64,000 nt of DNA from Candidatus Methanosuratincola verstraetei (GTDB lineage: Archaea; Thermoproteota; Methanomethylicia; Methanomethylicales; Methanomethylicaceae). The stretch is from NCBI GenBank assembly GCA_049570475.1, contig CP186953.1:1088001-1152000 (forward strand), written 5' to 3'. The translations under genes and the position numbers were made by a program. A model generated the notes under the pieces. That model did no database searches, was not told the origin of the DNA, and worked only from the letters and a program-made list of their open reading frames with translations. Positions 37,575-46,248 of the stretch are shown here, one piece after another; within the stretch, counting starts at the first letter, position 1; every line of letters begins with the position of its first letter.

Positions 37575-38171
37575 GTGTCAGGAATGGAAATGCTTGTTCT
37601 GGACTGGGGCAGGGTCCACTCTTCCGTACTGGAGCTATCACGGAAAATAGAAGGGAGCGGATTCCGCCCCGACTCGATTGTAGGCGTCGCCCGGGGAGGC
37701 TGGGTCGTGGCAAGGCTGCTCTCTGACCTGCTCGGGGTTGACGATCTGCTCTCAATCAGGGTCTCATTTTACAGTGGGGTAGGCCAGCGGGAAGCCAGGC
37801 CAAAGATAATATCACCCATTGGAGGCGATATCAGGGGAAAGCGGGTGCTTATTGCTGATGACGTTGCAGACACGGGCGAGAGTCTTCTCCTGGTGGTGAG
37901 CCACCTCTCTGCCCTGGGGGCTTCGGAGATAAAGGTCGCCACGCTCCACGTCAAGCCTTGGTCGAGGATGAAGCCTGACTACTTTGTGGAGAGCACGGCG
38001 AGCTGGATACTTTATCCGTGGGAGTACCGTGAAACTATATCTAACCTCATCAGGGAATGGGGCAAGGAAGGGATCGATCCAGCTGGAGCAAAGGAGAGGC
38101 TGGTGGGCGCTGGCATACCTTTAGAGATCGTTGAGAAGTTCTCTCCCGTAATGCCCAAGGAGATCCGGTAA
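37575..38171 (+). CDS. Type I (purine) phosphoribosyltransferase
   Basis: GVARGG, VLIADDVADTGES, PDY, WILYPWE. Confidence 0.88.
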   Translation: MSGMEMLVLDWGRVHSSVLELSRKIEGSGFRPDSIVGVARGGWVVARLLSDLLGVDDLLSIRVSFYSGVGQREARPKIISPIGGDIRGKRVLIADDVADTGESLLLVVSHLSALGASEIKVATLHVKPWSRMKPDYFVESTASWILYPWEYRETISNLIREWGKEGIDPAGAKERLVGAGIPLEIVEKFSPVMPKEIR

Positions 38172-38172
38172 G

Positions 38173-38730
38173 ATGCGGGTGTGCAATCTGGGGAAAGGGC
38201 AGTTCGCACTGCTGCTGATGTCAGGCCTGAGGCCGAGGCCTGGGGCGGATCCAAGGCCGCTGCTAGCGAAATACTCTGAGTCGCCGAGCCTGCAGATCCT
38301 TGATGCATGCCTTGTAGCAGGCGAGGCCCATCTAATCACCGCTGCGACTCTTGCAAAAAGATCTTGGGAGGCAGGAGAAAACGTATCCAGGACCCCTGCA
38401 AACGAGGTCTTGCTCTACGCGTCATCCAAGCGGCAGATCAGGGAGGCAATAGAATTCATGGGGGTCCGGGATCACTCCGAGGGGTGGGTTGCAGTCGCTG
38501 TCTGCGAGAGCGAATCCCAGGCAATGTGTGTGATGCAGGATCTGCTGGCGGCGGGCACCGAGGACGACTCCCTCATAGACCTCTGCGACTCCAAGTGCCC
38601 CTTTATCGAAAGCAAGTTCGGGATCTCTTGGGATGAGGTATTGTGCACAATTCCTCTGGTGGGATCGAGAGTCAGGGCTGTGTCCTCACTAGTAGTGGAG
38701 AGGGTCTCAATCTCGGATCTCTTTAGGTGA
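38173..38730 (+). CDS. cgi121: KEOPS complex subunit Cgi121
   Basis: HL..A...A, N.SR...E.LLYAS..RQI..AI..MG, VVER. Confidence 0.8.
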   Translation: MRVCNLGKGQFALLLMSGLRPRPGADPRPLLAKYSESPSLQILDACLVAGEAHLITAATLAKRSWEAGENVSRTPANEVLLYASSKRQIREAIEFMGVRDHSEGWVAVAVCESESQAMCVMQDLLAAGTEDDSLIDLCDSKCPFIESKFGISWDEVLCTIPLVGSRVRAVSSLVVERVSISDLFR

Positions 38731-38733
38731 AAT

Positions 38734-39936
38734 CTAATTTTTCCCGAGGGCCTCCTCCTGCATCTTTGTGACCGAGACTATATCGCCAGGCTTAATCACC
38801 GAAATCCCGGCTACGTCCCTGATCAACTCTATGTCGACTATCCAGTCGGGGTGCTCAAGATCCACCTTCCTCTCGATCTCCCGGGCCACTTCCCTGATCA
38901 GCCCTGAGGAGCTGATCTCCGAACCCCTCTTGTTCACGGTTATCCTGAACGTCGCCCCCTCTGGTATCGACCCAGCGAGCCGCCTGACGGCTGCCCTTAT
39001 ATCCTCGGCTTCTGCCCTGGTCACCTCCTGGATCGGGGTGACCTTCTGGACGAACCTTGCCCTCCAAGGATCTTCCGCCAATTTGGCTGCGAGCGCCTTG
39101 CAGAACTCTACCGGGTCGGATTGCACTTCGCCTTTCAGGAGCCCAGGGAAGCCCGTCCTCGAGAACCTGATCGAAGGCTCTCCAGAAAGGGTCACGAGTT
39201 CCCTCATGCAGTTCCTCTCGTTGCCCCTCTGAGTCGTCACGATTATGTTGAACTCCTCTCCCCTGCCCGGCGTTCCCATCTGCGGCGACCTCCCGCCCAA
39301 AGCCTCCCTTATCCTCTCTACGTCTATCGGCCCCTCTCTAATAAGCCAGACCCCGTCGGCTATCTTCTTACCGACTTCGGGGATCGGATCCCCTATCTCG
39401 ACTACGGTGGAGGCCATCCCAGCTGGCGCCTTACCTGCGTCAACAACGATCTCGACCTCGTTGAGGATCTCTGGATCAAGATCCCCCGCGGCGATCGCCG
39501 CCCTCCTGCCTGAGACATTTGCGCTCGTCCCGACCAGCGCGCCGCCGGATGCCGCTATGATTGCGATTGCAATTGGATGGTCAGGGACCCTGACGCCAAC
39601 CTTCTGCCTGCCGCCGGTCAGTTCCTCTGGTAGCCTCTCCCTGAGGGGCGCAACTATTGTGAGCGCGCCTGGCCAGAATCTCTCAGCGAGATCCCTCCCT
39701 GCCTTTCCCAGGTCGACCAGCCTCTCGGCTGACTGGAGGGAGTCGACCAGCACGGGCATCGGCTTCTTCTCCCTCCTCTTTGCTGCGAAGACTTTCCTGA
39801 CTGCCTCTGCGTTCCTCGGATCGCAACCTATGCCGTAGACTGTGTCGGTGGGGTAGACTATTATTCCGCCCCCCCTGACGATTCTCCCGATCTCGCTCGG
39901 GTCGAACCCTTCGGCTGCGCATACCCAGCGTGGCAT
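38734..39936 (-). CDS. sua5: Threonylcarbamoyl-AMP synthase (Sua5/TsaC) in frame with a C-terminal THUMP domain
   Basis: YPTDTVYGIGC, K.R...KP, FWPGALT, GVRVP, TSANVSG, STVV, REG; then TFRITVNKRG, KVDLEHPD; no stop codon between the two parts. Confidence 0.85.
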   Translation of the reverse strand: MPRWVCAAEGFDPSEIGRIVRGGGIIVYPTDTVYGIGCDPRNAEAVRKVFAAKRREKKPMPVLVDSLQSAERLVDLGKAGRDLAERFWPGALTIVAPLRERLPEELTGGRQKVGVRVPDHPIAIAIIAASGGALVGTSANVSGRRAAIAAGDLDPEILNEVEIVVDAGKAPAGMASTVVEIGDPIPEVGKKIADGVWLIREGPIDVERIREALGGRSPQMGTPGRGEEFNIIVTTQRGNERNCMRELVTLSGEPSIRFSRTGFPGLLKGEVQSDPVEFCKALAAKLAEDPWRARFVQKVTPIQEVTRAEAEDIRAAVRRLAGSIPEGATFRITVNKRGSEISSSGLIREVAREIERKVDLEHPDWIVDIELIRDVAGISVIKPGDIVSVTKMQEEALGKN

Positions 39937-40020
39937 ATCAAGATGATGATCATAGACATGCTTAAATATTTCAAGCTCACGAAAACTCTTTGCTCTCTGG
40001 AGGTATTTGGATTGTTGTAT

Positions 40021-40143
40021 ATGGAAGAGGACTTCGATGACGACTGGACTGAGGACGAAGAAGAGGATGAATGGCCTGAGGACGAAGAAGAGGATGAATG
40101 GCCTGAGGACGAAGACGAAGACTTCGAGGAAGAAGAGTGGTGA
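40021..40143 (+). CDS. 40-aa hyper-acidic peptide (30 of 40 residues D/E)
   Basis: MEEDFDDDWTEDEEEDEWPEDEEEDEWPEDEDEDFEEEEW*, with GGAGGT upstream. Confidence 0.6.
   Translation: MEEDFDDDWTEDEEEDEWPEDEEEDEWPEDEDEDFEEEEW
40049..40115 (+). repeat. 27-bp tandem repeat (about 2.5 copies)
   Basis: CTGAGGACGAAGAAGAGGATGAATGGC at 40049 and 40076, partial copy at 40103. Confidence 0.9.
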
Positions 40144-40179
40144 TCTTCTTCCCTTCCTGTTTTGTTTGGGGGTAACTAA

Positions 40180-40482
40180 GTGGAATTCTGTCCAAAATGC
40201 GGGAAATTGCTGATGCCCGAGAAGAAGGACGAGAAGATATTCTTGGTATGCAAGTCGTGCGGCTTTCAGAAACCGACCGCCGAGACGAAAGGGTACAAGA
40301 TTGTGCAGCCTGTAGACGAGAGCAAGAGGAGGACGACCCTGATCGTTGAGGCCTCCCAGGTAAAGGGGAAGCGCCGGAAGGAGGAAGAGCACGAGCTGAT
40401 AGCCGACAACTATGACCTCTATTCAGAGTCAATGCTCGAGGAAGAAGAGGAAAGCGAATCTGAAGACAGCGACTTCGAATAG
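40180..40482 (+). CDS. RpoM/TFS(Rpb9)-like protein with only the N-terminal Zn ribbon and an acidic tail
   Basis: MEFCPKCGKLLMP...LVCKSCG; no second Zn ribbon; ends EEEEESESEDSDFE. Confidence 0.8.
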   Translation: MEFCPKCGKLLMPEKKDEKIFLVCKSCGFQKPTAETKGYKIVQPVDESKRRTTLIVEASQVKGKRRKEEEHELIADNYDLYSESMLEEEEESESEDSDFE

Positions 40483-40506
40483 GGTCCTTCTCGGGGGCAA
40501 GCACAG

Positions 40507-42312
40507 GTGGCGCGTATCGTGGTACTTGACGCTGACTTCTGCAAGCCGGGGGAGTGCAGCAAGGAGTGCATCCGGTTCTGCCCCATAGTGAGGACTGGCG
40601 CCGAGGCGATAAAGTACGAGCCGGGGATGGACCGGCCGCTAGTCGCTGAGAACCTCTGCACGGGCTGCGGCATCTGCGTGAAGAAGTGCCCGTTCGGGGC
40701 GCTGAACATAGTCAACCTCCCAGACGAGCTAGAGGAAGTCTGCGTGCACAGGTACGGCCCGAACACATTCAAGCTCTACCGCCTCCCGATCCCGAAAGAG
40801 GGCGTGGTTGTCGGTCTCCTTGGCCCGAACGGAGCCGGGAAGTCTACATCCCTAAAGATCCTGAGCGGCGAGATGATGCCTAACCTCGGGCTTTACGACT
40901 GCCCGCCTGACTGGAAGTCCATACTGCGGTTCTTTAGGGGATCTGAGCTCCAGGAGTACTTCAAGAAGCTCTCGGAGAAGAAGCTGAGGGTGGTCACCAA
41001 GCCGCAGTACATAGACCAGGCCCCAAAGCGCCTCACCGGAACCGTCAGGCAGCTTCTTGAGAGGATCGACGAGCGGCATGCGCTCGACGAAGTATCTTCT
41101 TACCTGTCGCTCGAGTCGATAATGGACAAGGACATCCATACCCTAAGCGGCGGAGAGCTGCAACGCGTTGCGATCGCCGCTGTCTCGGTAAGGAAGGCCG
41201 ATGTATACATATTCGACGAGCCCTCGAGCTACTTGGATGTTTACCAGCGGATGGCGATGGCAAAGCTGGTCCAGTCCCTGGCTGATGAGAAGAAGTATGT
41301 CATTGTTGCGGAGCACGACCTCGCTGTTCTTGACTACATCTCAGAGCAGGTGTGCCTATTCTACGGAAAGCCAGGGGTCTATGGCATCGTTTCCAAGCCG
41401 CATGGCGTCCGCGTCGGGATCAATATATACCTAAACGGCTACATCCCGGACGAGAACATCCGGTTCAGGACGTCGCCAATAAGGTTCCACCTCTCGCCGA
41501 CCCCGACTGAGTGGCGGTCTGAGGATGTGATGCTGAGGTGGGGGCACTTCAGAATAAGCCGTGGCGACTTCGTTCTGGACGCGCAGGGCGGGGAGATACA
41601 CCGTGGCGAGGTAGTCGGGATTGTTGGACCGAACGGGACCGGAAAGACTACCTTCGTCAGGGCCCTCGCAGGCGAGCTCCTCCCCGAGGGGGGATCCCCA
41701 ATCAACTTCGGTCTCCGGATAAGCTACAAGCCCCAGTACGTGGTCCCCAGTCCGACGAAGACTCTAAGGGAAATCCTCAATTCGATTGACCCCGGACTGC
41801 TGAGCACACAGTGGTTTATCGACGAGATCTATGCCCCTCTGGAGATCGAGCCCCTCCTAGACAGGAGCATGGAGTCGATGAGCGGCGGCGAGCTGCAGCG
41901 CACAGCTGTGGCGGTCTGCCTCTCCAGAGATGCCGAGCTCTACCTCTTGGATGAGCCGACCGCCCACTTGGACGTCGAGCATAGGCTCGTCGTTGCAAGG
42001 GCTATAAGAAGGGTCACAGAGAAGAAGGGAGTCGCCTCGTTCGTAGTTGAGCACGACATCGTGGCCAACGACCTCCTGTCCGACACTGTGATGGTCTTTG
42101 GCGGATCCCCTGGCAGGAGCGGTGTCGCCTCAGCGCCGGTGGGGCTCAGGAAAGGCATGAACTACTTCCTCAAGAACCTTGGGATCACCTTCAGGAGGGA
42201 TCCTGAGACCGGGCGGCCTCGCGTGAACAAGAAGGACTCTTGGCTGGACAGGTACCAGAAGGAGATCGGGGAGTACTACTATACTGAAGTGACTGGCGAG
42301 GACAAGCAGTAA
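40507..42312 (+). CDS. rli: Ribosome recycling ATPase ABCE1/RLI
   Basis: N-terminal Fe-S Cys motifs, two ABC domains (GPNGAGKST, LSGGELQR, DEP, EHD), TFRRD...GRPR.NK. Confidence 0.97.
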   Translation: MARIVVLDADFCKPGECSKECIRFCPIVRTGAEAIKYEPGMDRPLVAENLCTGCGICVKKCPFGALNIVNLPDELEEVCVHRYGPNTFKLYRLPIPKEGVVVGLLGPNGAGKSTSLKILSGEMMPNLGLYDCPPDWKSILRFFRGSELQEYFKKLSEKKLRVVTKPQYIDQAPKRLTGTVRQLLERIDERHALDEVSSYLSLESIMDKDIHTLSGGELQRVAIAAVSVRKADVYIFDEPSSYLDVYQRMAMAKLVQSLADEKKYVIVAEHDLAVLDYISEQVCLFYGKPGVYGIVSKPHGVRVGINIYLNGYIPDENIRFRTSPIRFHLSPTPTEWRSEDVMLRWGHFRISRGDFVLDAQGGEIHRGEVVGIVGPNGTGKTTFVRALAGELLPEGGSPINFGLRISYKPQYVVPSPTKTLREILNSIDPGLLSTQWFIDEIYAPLEIEPLLDRSMESMSGGELQRTAVAVCLSRDAELYLLDEPTAHLDVEHRLVVARAIRRVTEKKGVASFVVEHDIVANDLLSDTVMVFGGSPGRSGVASAPVGLRKGMNYFLKNLGITFRRDPETGRPRVNKKDSWLDRYQKEIGEYYYTEVTGEDKQ

Positions 42313-42369
42313 ACCGTATAAGCCATATTTTTATAAGCGATACATCTGATTTAGATTCGGGTGTTCTGA

Positions 42370-43230
42370 ATGCTCAGGCTCGCAGCAATGATGTTCCTGC
42401 TTACAGGGATCCTAGTCGGGCTAGGTTACGTTGTGGGGTGGCTCTTCGGCAGCCCGGAGATCGTTACGCTTGGCGCACTGGTGCTTGCATTAGCGATCAA
42501 CGCGATCTCTTACCTCTACAGCGACAGGATAGTCCTCTCAATGACTAGGGCGAAGGTGGTCAGCGAGAACGAGTACCCTGCGCTCCACAGGATCGTCTCC
42601 TCCCTGGCGGCGAGCGCAGGTATGCCGAAGCCTAAGGTTGCAATAGTTAACTCGAGCGTGCCCAACGCATTCGCTACCGGGCGGGGTCCCAGCAAGTCTG
42701 TCGTTGCGGTCACAACCGGGCTGCTCCAGCTGCTGAACGAGAATGAGCTCGAGGGCGTCCTCAGCCACGAGATAAGCCATGTGAAGCACAGAGACGTTCT
42801 CGTGGCGTCCGTAGCAGCCACAATCGCCGGAGCGATCAGCTACCTTGCGCTCATGGGGAGGTTCGGAGCGTTCTTCGGCGACTCGAGGAACAGGGACGCG
42901 AACATGATCGCGCTGATCCTGAGCTTCCTGGCGCCACTTGCAGCCTTCCTGGTACAGACTGCAATCTCCAGGGGAAGGGAATACGAGGCTGACAGGGAGG
43001 GCGCACAGCTGAGCCGAAAGCCCCTGTCGCTCGCGAGCGCACTGGAGAAGATCGAGCGCACGGTGAGGGGCGGGACCAGGCTCAATATCAACCCGTCAAC
43101 CAGCCCCCTCTGGATCGTCAACCCGTTCAGGGGGGATGCAGTGATGGAGATGTTCTCGACGCACCCCTCGACTTGGAAGAGGATAGAGCGGCTCAAGGCG
43201 ATGGCCTTGACCATAGGTTCGATGCAGTGA
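42370..43230 (+). CDS. htpX: Membrane zinc metalloprotease HtpX
   Basis: PNAFATG, HEISH, SR.REY.AD, FSTHP. Confidence 0.95.
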   Translation: MLRLAAMMFLLTGILVGLGYVVGWLFGSPEIVTLGALVLALAINAISYLYSDRIVLSMTRAKVVSENEYPALHRIVSSLAASAGMPKPKVAIVNSSVPNAFATGRGPSKSVVAVTTGLLQLLNENELEGVLSHEISHVKHRDVLVASVAATIAGAISYLALMGRFGAFFGDSRNRDANMIALILSFLAPLAAFLVQTAISRGREYEADREGAQLSRKPLSLASALEKIERTVRGGTRLNINPSTSPLWIVNPFRGDAVMEMFSTHPSTWKRIERLKAMALTIGSMQ

Positions 43231-43244
43231 TCGGAGGACTTGGA

Positions 43245-43475
43245 TTGTCGGAGAGCGAAAAAACCGCGAAAAAGCCCTACATCTACCCGCACAGGCACTG
43301 CCTCTACTGCGGGAGGATCATTGAGGTAAAGGGGAGGGACTACTGCCTCAAGTGCAAGCCCGCATATGTTAAGGAGCAGTCGAAGATCAATCGGTCGAAG
43401 AAGTTCCAGCGCTACCTCCTCTACTACATAGTGGCGGTCTTTGCGATCTTGGTTCTGGTAGCGCTCTTCGCGTGA
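43245..43475 (+). CDS. DUF2116-like Zn-ribbon membrane protein
   Basis: PHRHCLYCG...YC..C plus a C-terminal TM helix. Confidence 0.75.
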   Translation: MSESEKTAKKPYIYPHRHCLYCGRIIEVKGRDYCLKCKPAYVKEQSKINRSKKFQRYLLYYIVAVFAILVLVALFA

Positions 43476-43482
43476 TGGGTGT

Positions 43483-43576
43483 GGGTCCGTGGCCTAGTCC
43501 GGATCAGGGTGTCGGCCTCCGGAACGGAAACCGTGGGGAGAGCCGATGGTCGAGGGTTCAAATCCCTCCGGACCCG
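43483..43576 (+). tRNA. tRNA-Arg(CCG) with an 18-nt canonical (37/38) BHB intron at 43523-43540
   Basis: Acceptor GGGTCCG/CGGACCC-G; TCGGC-CTCCGG|intron|A-GCCGA; BHB helix CTCC/GGGG with bulges GGA and AGA. Confidence 0.95.
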
Positions 43577-43792
43577 CCTAATCTCAACAAAAGTACTTTC
43601 TGTTTTTCCTTGGCAATTTCCAAATCATGGATCGGCAGTTCGTTTTTAGTTATTTGGTCATACCCCGTGCTTTCATGGAAGGCAGTTGAATTAAGGAGGG
43701 GTAAGGGCCCGTGTCCTCCGGCAGGCCCAAAATTTAGACATTGTCTTGCCCGCTCCTCACGCAAGCTACTTTTCAGAGGCTGGTCTAGCCGG

Positions 43793-44311
43793 CTATCTTA
43801 TCTTCCGTCCGATTTCGAGCCTGTACACTGCGAGCTCTATCCGCTTCCCCCATGGGGCATCCACGCTGACCTCCCCCGTGAACTCAAACCCGTTCTTCTC
43901 GTAGAATGCCCTGGCCCTGCGCTCATCCCTCCCTGCGTAGACGATTATCTCCCTCCTGCCCTCTCTCGCCTGATCCTCGACGGAGAACTCGAGAAGCCGG
44001 CTGCCGAGCCCCCTCCCCGTGTGCCCCGGGAACATAACTATCCTGTCCAACTCTGCCCTCTCTCCCCCCTTCGGCACCATCTGGCAGAAGCCGAGTATCT
44101 CATCCCTCTCCAATGCAAGGTAGAACTTTGAGCCTTTGGACGCAGCCCCCCTCAGCGCCCCCTCAGAGAACGCCCTTTTCACGTAATCCTCAGGTATCCC
44201 GAATTTAGCCACATTCTCCTGGTAGATGTCGCTCGACCGATCGAGAGAGTTCAGAATCCTGGAGCTGAGCTTCGGCAAATCGTCTGGGCCTGCAACCCTG
44301 AACCAAACCAA
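43793..44311 (-). CDS. GNAT family N-acetyltransferase
   Basis: P.HTGRGLGSRLL, ARAFYEKNGF. Confidence 0.88.
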   Translation of the reverse strand: MVWFRVAGPDDLPKLSSRILNSLDRSSDIYQENVAKFGIPEDYVKRAFSEGALRGAASKGSKFYLALERDEILGFCQMVPKGGERAELDRIVMFPGHTGRGLGSRLLEFSVEDQAREGRREIIVYAGRDERRARAFYEKNGFEFTGEVSVDAPWGKRIELAVYRLEIGRKIR

Positions 44312-44413
44312 GCAGCTTCCCCAATTAACATTGCTGGATTGGCAGAAAAATACTTTATTTTCAAACTAAAAATGGGCATCCTCGCCATAGATTCTCTGCG
44401 CGGGGGTGTGGAG

Positions 44414-45328
44414 TCAGTTCCTAGATAGGAACTCCTCGACCTCTTTCCTGCTTGGTGCCTCGTGGGAGCCGAGCCTCGTCACCTTCAGAGCCGCGACCGC
44501 ATTCGCGAACCTTATTGCATCCGTGAGCCCTTCCCCTTCGCTGAGGGCCATTATCATTCCAGCAGCGAACGCGTCTCCAGCTCCAGTCGTGTCTATCGCG
44601 TCCACCTTGAAGGCTGGGATGAGCTTCCCAGAACTGCCGTCTGAGATGAAAACGCCCTTCGCCCCTAGCTTGACGGCCACACTCTTGGCCCCCTGCCTGA
44701 TGAGCGAAGCTGCCGCCATCTCGGGGTCGTCGTGCCCGGTGAGCGCCTTGGCCTCCTTCCCGTTCAGAAGCAGGAGGTCCACGCGCTCCAAGACTGGTCT
44801 GATGTGCCCGATCCCCCTGTTGATGAGGAGCCTCCCTGGATCGAAAGTGACCATTGCCCCATCCTCCTTCGCACGAGAGGCTATCCTCGTGGCGGTGTCC
44901 ACCCTCAGGCTCGCAATGTGGACTGCCTGGTAATCCTTCATGCTGATGTTGGCAATGTCATCCGGCTCTAGCGTCTCTGCCGCTTCCTTGCGGCCGAACA
45001 TGAAGACCTCGCCGTGCCTGTTGATTATTATTATAGTGTACCCGGTGCGGTTGACCAGGTCGACCTTGACCTCGTCCAGCGGGACCCTCTCCCGTAAGAG
45101 CTCGTCCACAGCCATCCTGCCGAACTCGTCCATCCCGATCTTCCCGAGGAGCATGCAGCACCCGCCGAGCCGCCTCACCCCAATAGAGACGTTGGCAGCG
45201 GACCCTCCGACCCCGTAGCTGAGCTCCTTCACCTCGTTGAACTGGTCGCTGCTGCTTATCTCGTCGACCCTTACCCTGATGTCCGCAAGTATGTGACCTG
45301 CGGCCAAGATCATCCCCATCTCCGCCAC
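44414..45328 (-). CDS. PfkB family carbohydrate kinase
   Basis: GGSAAN, GKIG.DEFG, FDPG, VKLGAKG, DTTGAGDAF. Confidence 0.92.
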   Translation of the reverse strand: MAEMGMILAAGHILADIRVRVDEISSSDQFNEVKELSYGVGGSAANVSIGVRRLGGCCMLLGKIGMDEFGRMAVDELLRERVPLDEVKVDLVNRTGYTIIIINRHGEVFMFGRKEAAETLEPDDIANISMKDYQAVHIASLRVDTATRIASRAKEDGAMVTFDPGRLLINRGIGHIRPVLERVDLLLLNGKEAKALTGHDDPEMAAASLIRQGAKSVAVKLGAKGVFISDGSSGKLIPAFKVDAIDTTGAGDAFAAGMIMALSEGEGLTDAIRFANAVAALKVTRLGSHEAPSRKEVEEFLSRN

Positions 45329-45333
45329 CCCTG

Positions 45334-46140
45334 TCAGAGCCTATCGGGATCCATTCCCTTGTGGACGACCTCGAGGATTGCCCTGGCAGTCCCCACAAAA
45401 TCCTGGCTCTGGAAGACGTTCCTCCCGACCACCACCCCGGCGCCCCCGGCGTCCATGACGCTCTTGACTATCCTCAAGAACTCCTTCGGGTCTTCGGTCT
45501 TCGCGCCCCCGCTCATCAGGACGGGAACCGGCACCGACTCGACCACGCGCCTGAAGCTCTCGGTGCTCCCCGTGTAGTGGGTCTTGATTATGTCTGCGCC
45601 TATCTCGACGCTTGCCCTCGAGGCGTACTTAATTATGTACTCGTCGTGCCTGTCTATTATCGAAGGGCCACGCGGGTATGCCAAGATCATCACTGGCAAG
45701 CCGAACCTTTCGCTCTCCGAGACTATCGCGGCGAACTCCTCGGCCATGGCATCCTCCCCGGGCGCTCCCCAGTAGACGGTCGCAGCCACCCCGTCCGCGC
45801 CCATCGCAACGGCGTCTTCCACGAACCCAATCCTGTACTGCTGCATCTGCATGTCCGGAGGCCTGAGCGAGGTCTTCCCGGTCAGCTTCACTATGACGGG
45901 CACCCTGCCCGCCCAGAGATCTGCGGTCGCCTGCGCTACACCTCTGGTGAGCATGATTGCGTCGAATCCTGACTCGACTGCAAGCTCGACCACTTTCCTC
46001 GGGTTCGACCTTTCGGGCGTGAAGTCAGAGGGCCCGTGCTCGAACCCGTGGTCGAATGCGAAGACCGCCGCCTTGCCGGACTTCAGTATCCTGCTTAGCC
46101 TTACCTTTTTACCAATGCCAGAGCAGCTATCCCAGGGCAT
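45334..46140 (-). CDS. fba: Class I (DhnA-type) fructose-bisphosphate aldolase
   Basis: AFDHGFEHGP, YPRG, EIGADIIKT.YTG, SGG.K, VGRNVFQ. Confidence 0.9.
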   Translation of the reverse strand: MPWDSCSGIGKKVRLSRILKSGKAAVFAFDHGFEHGPSDFTPERSNPRKVVELAVESGFDAIMLTRGVAQATADLWAGRVPVIVKLTGKTSLRPPDMQMQQYRIGFVEDAVAMGADGVAATVYWGAPGEDAMAEEFAAIVSESERFGLPVMILAYPRGPSIIDRHDEYIIKYASRASVEIGADIIKTHYTGSTESFRRVVESVPVPVLMSGGAKTEDPKEFLRIVKSVMDAGGAGVVVGRNVFQSQDFVGTARAILEVVHKGMDPDRL

Positions 46141-46248
46141 ATCAATGCACTACCCTCTACCTTCTCCCGCACCAAATAAATCCCTTTGCGTGGCAGGAAA
46201 TAAGGGGCGTGCGATGGGCGGCTTCGAATGGACTGCTTCCAAATCCAA

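Noticed and set aside
39349-39376. Possible BHB intron in sua5 (minus-strand CCCC-GAA-GTCGGT..GCCGAC-GGGG) at an apparent protein insertion
   Set aside because: The second bulge and outer helix do not form, and excising 28 nt would shift the frame and destroy the conserved REG motif.
40049-40115. 27-bp repeats as a mini CRISPR array
   Set aside because: The repeats are directly tandem with no spacers, in frame with a peptide, and no cas genes are nearby.
39937-40392. N-terminal 150 aa of the 552-aa ORF 38734..40392
   Set aside because: It is the antisense shadow of the acidic peptide and RpoM-like genes; Sua5 homology begins at ATG 39936.
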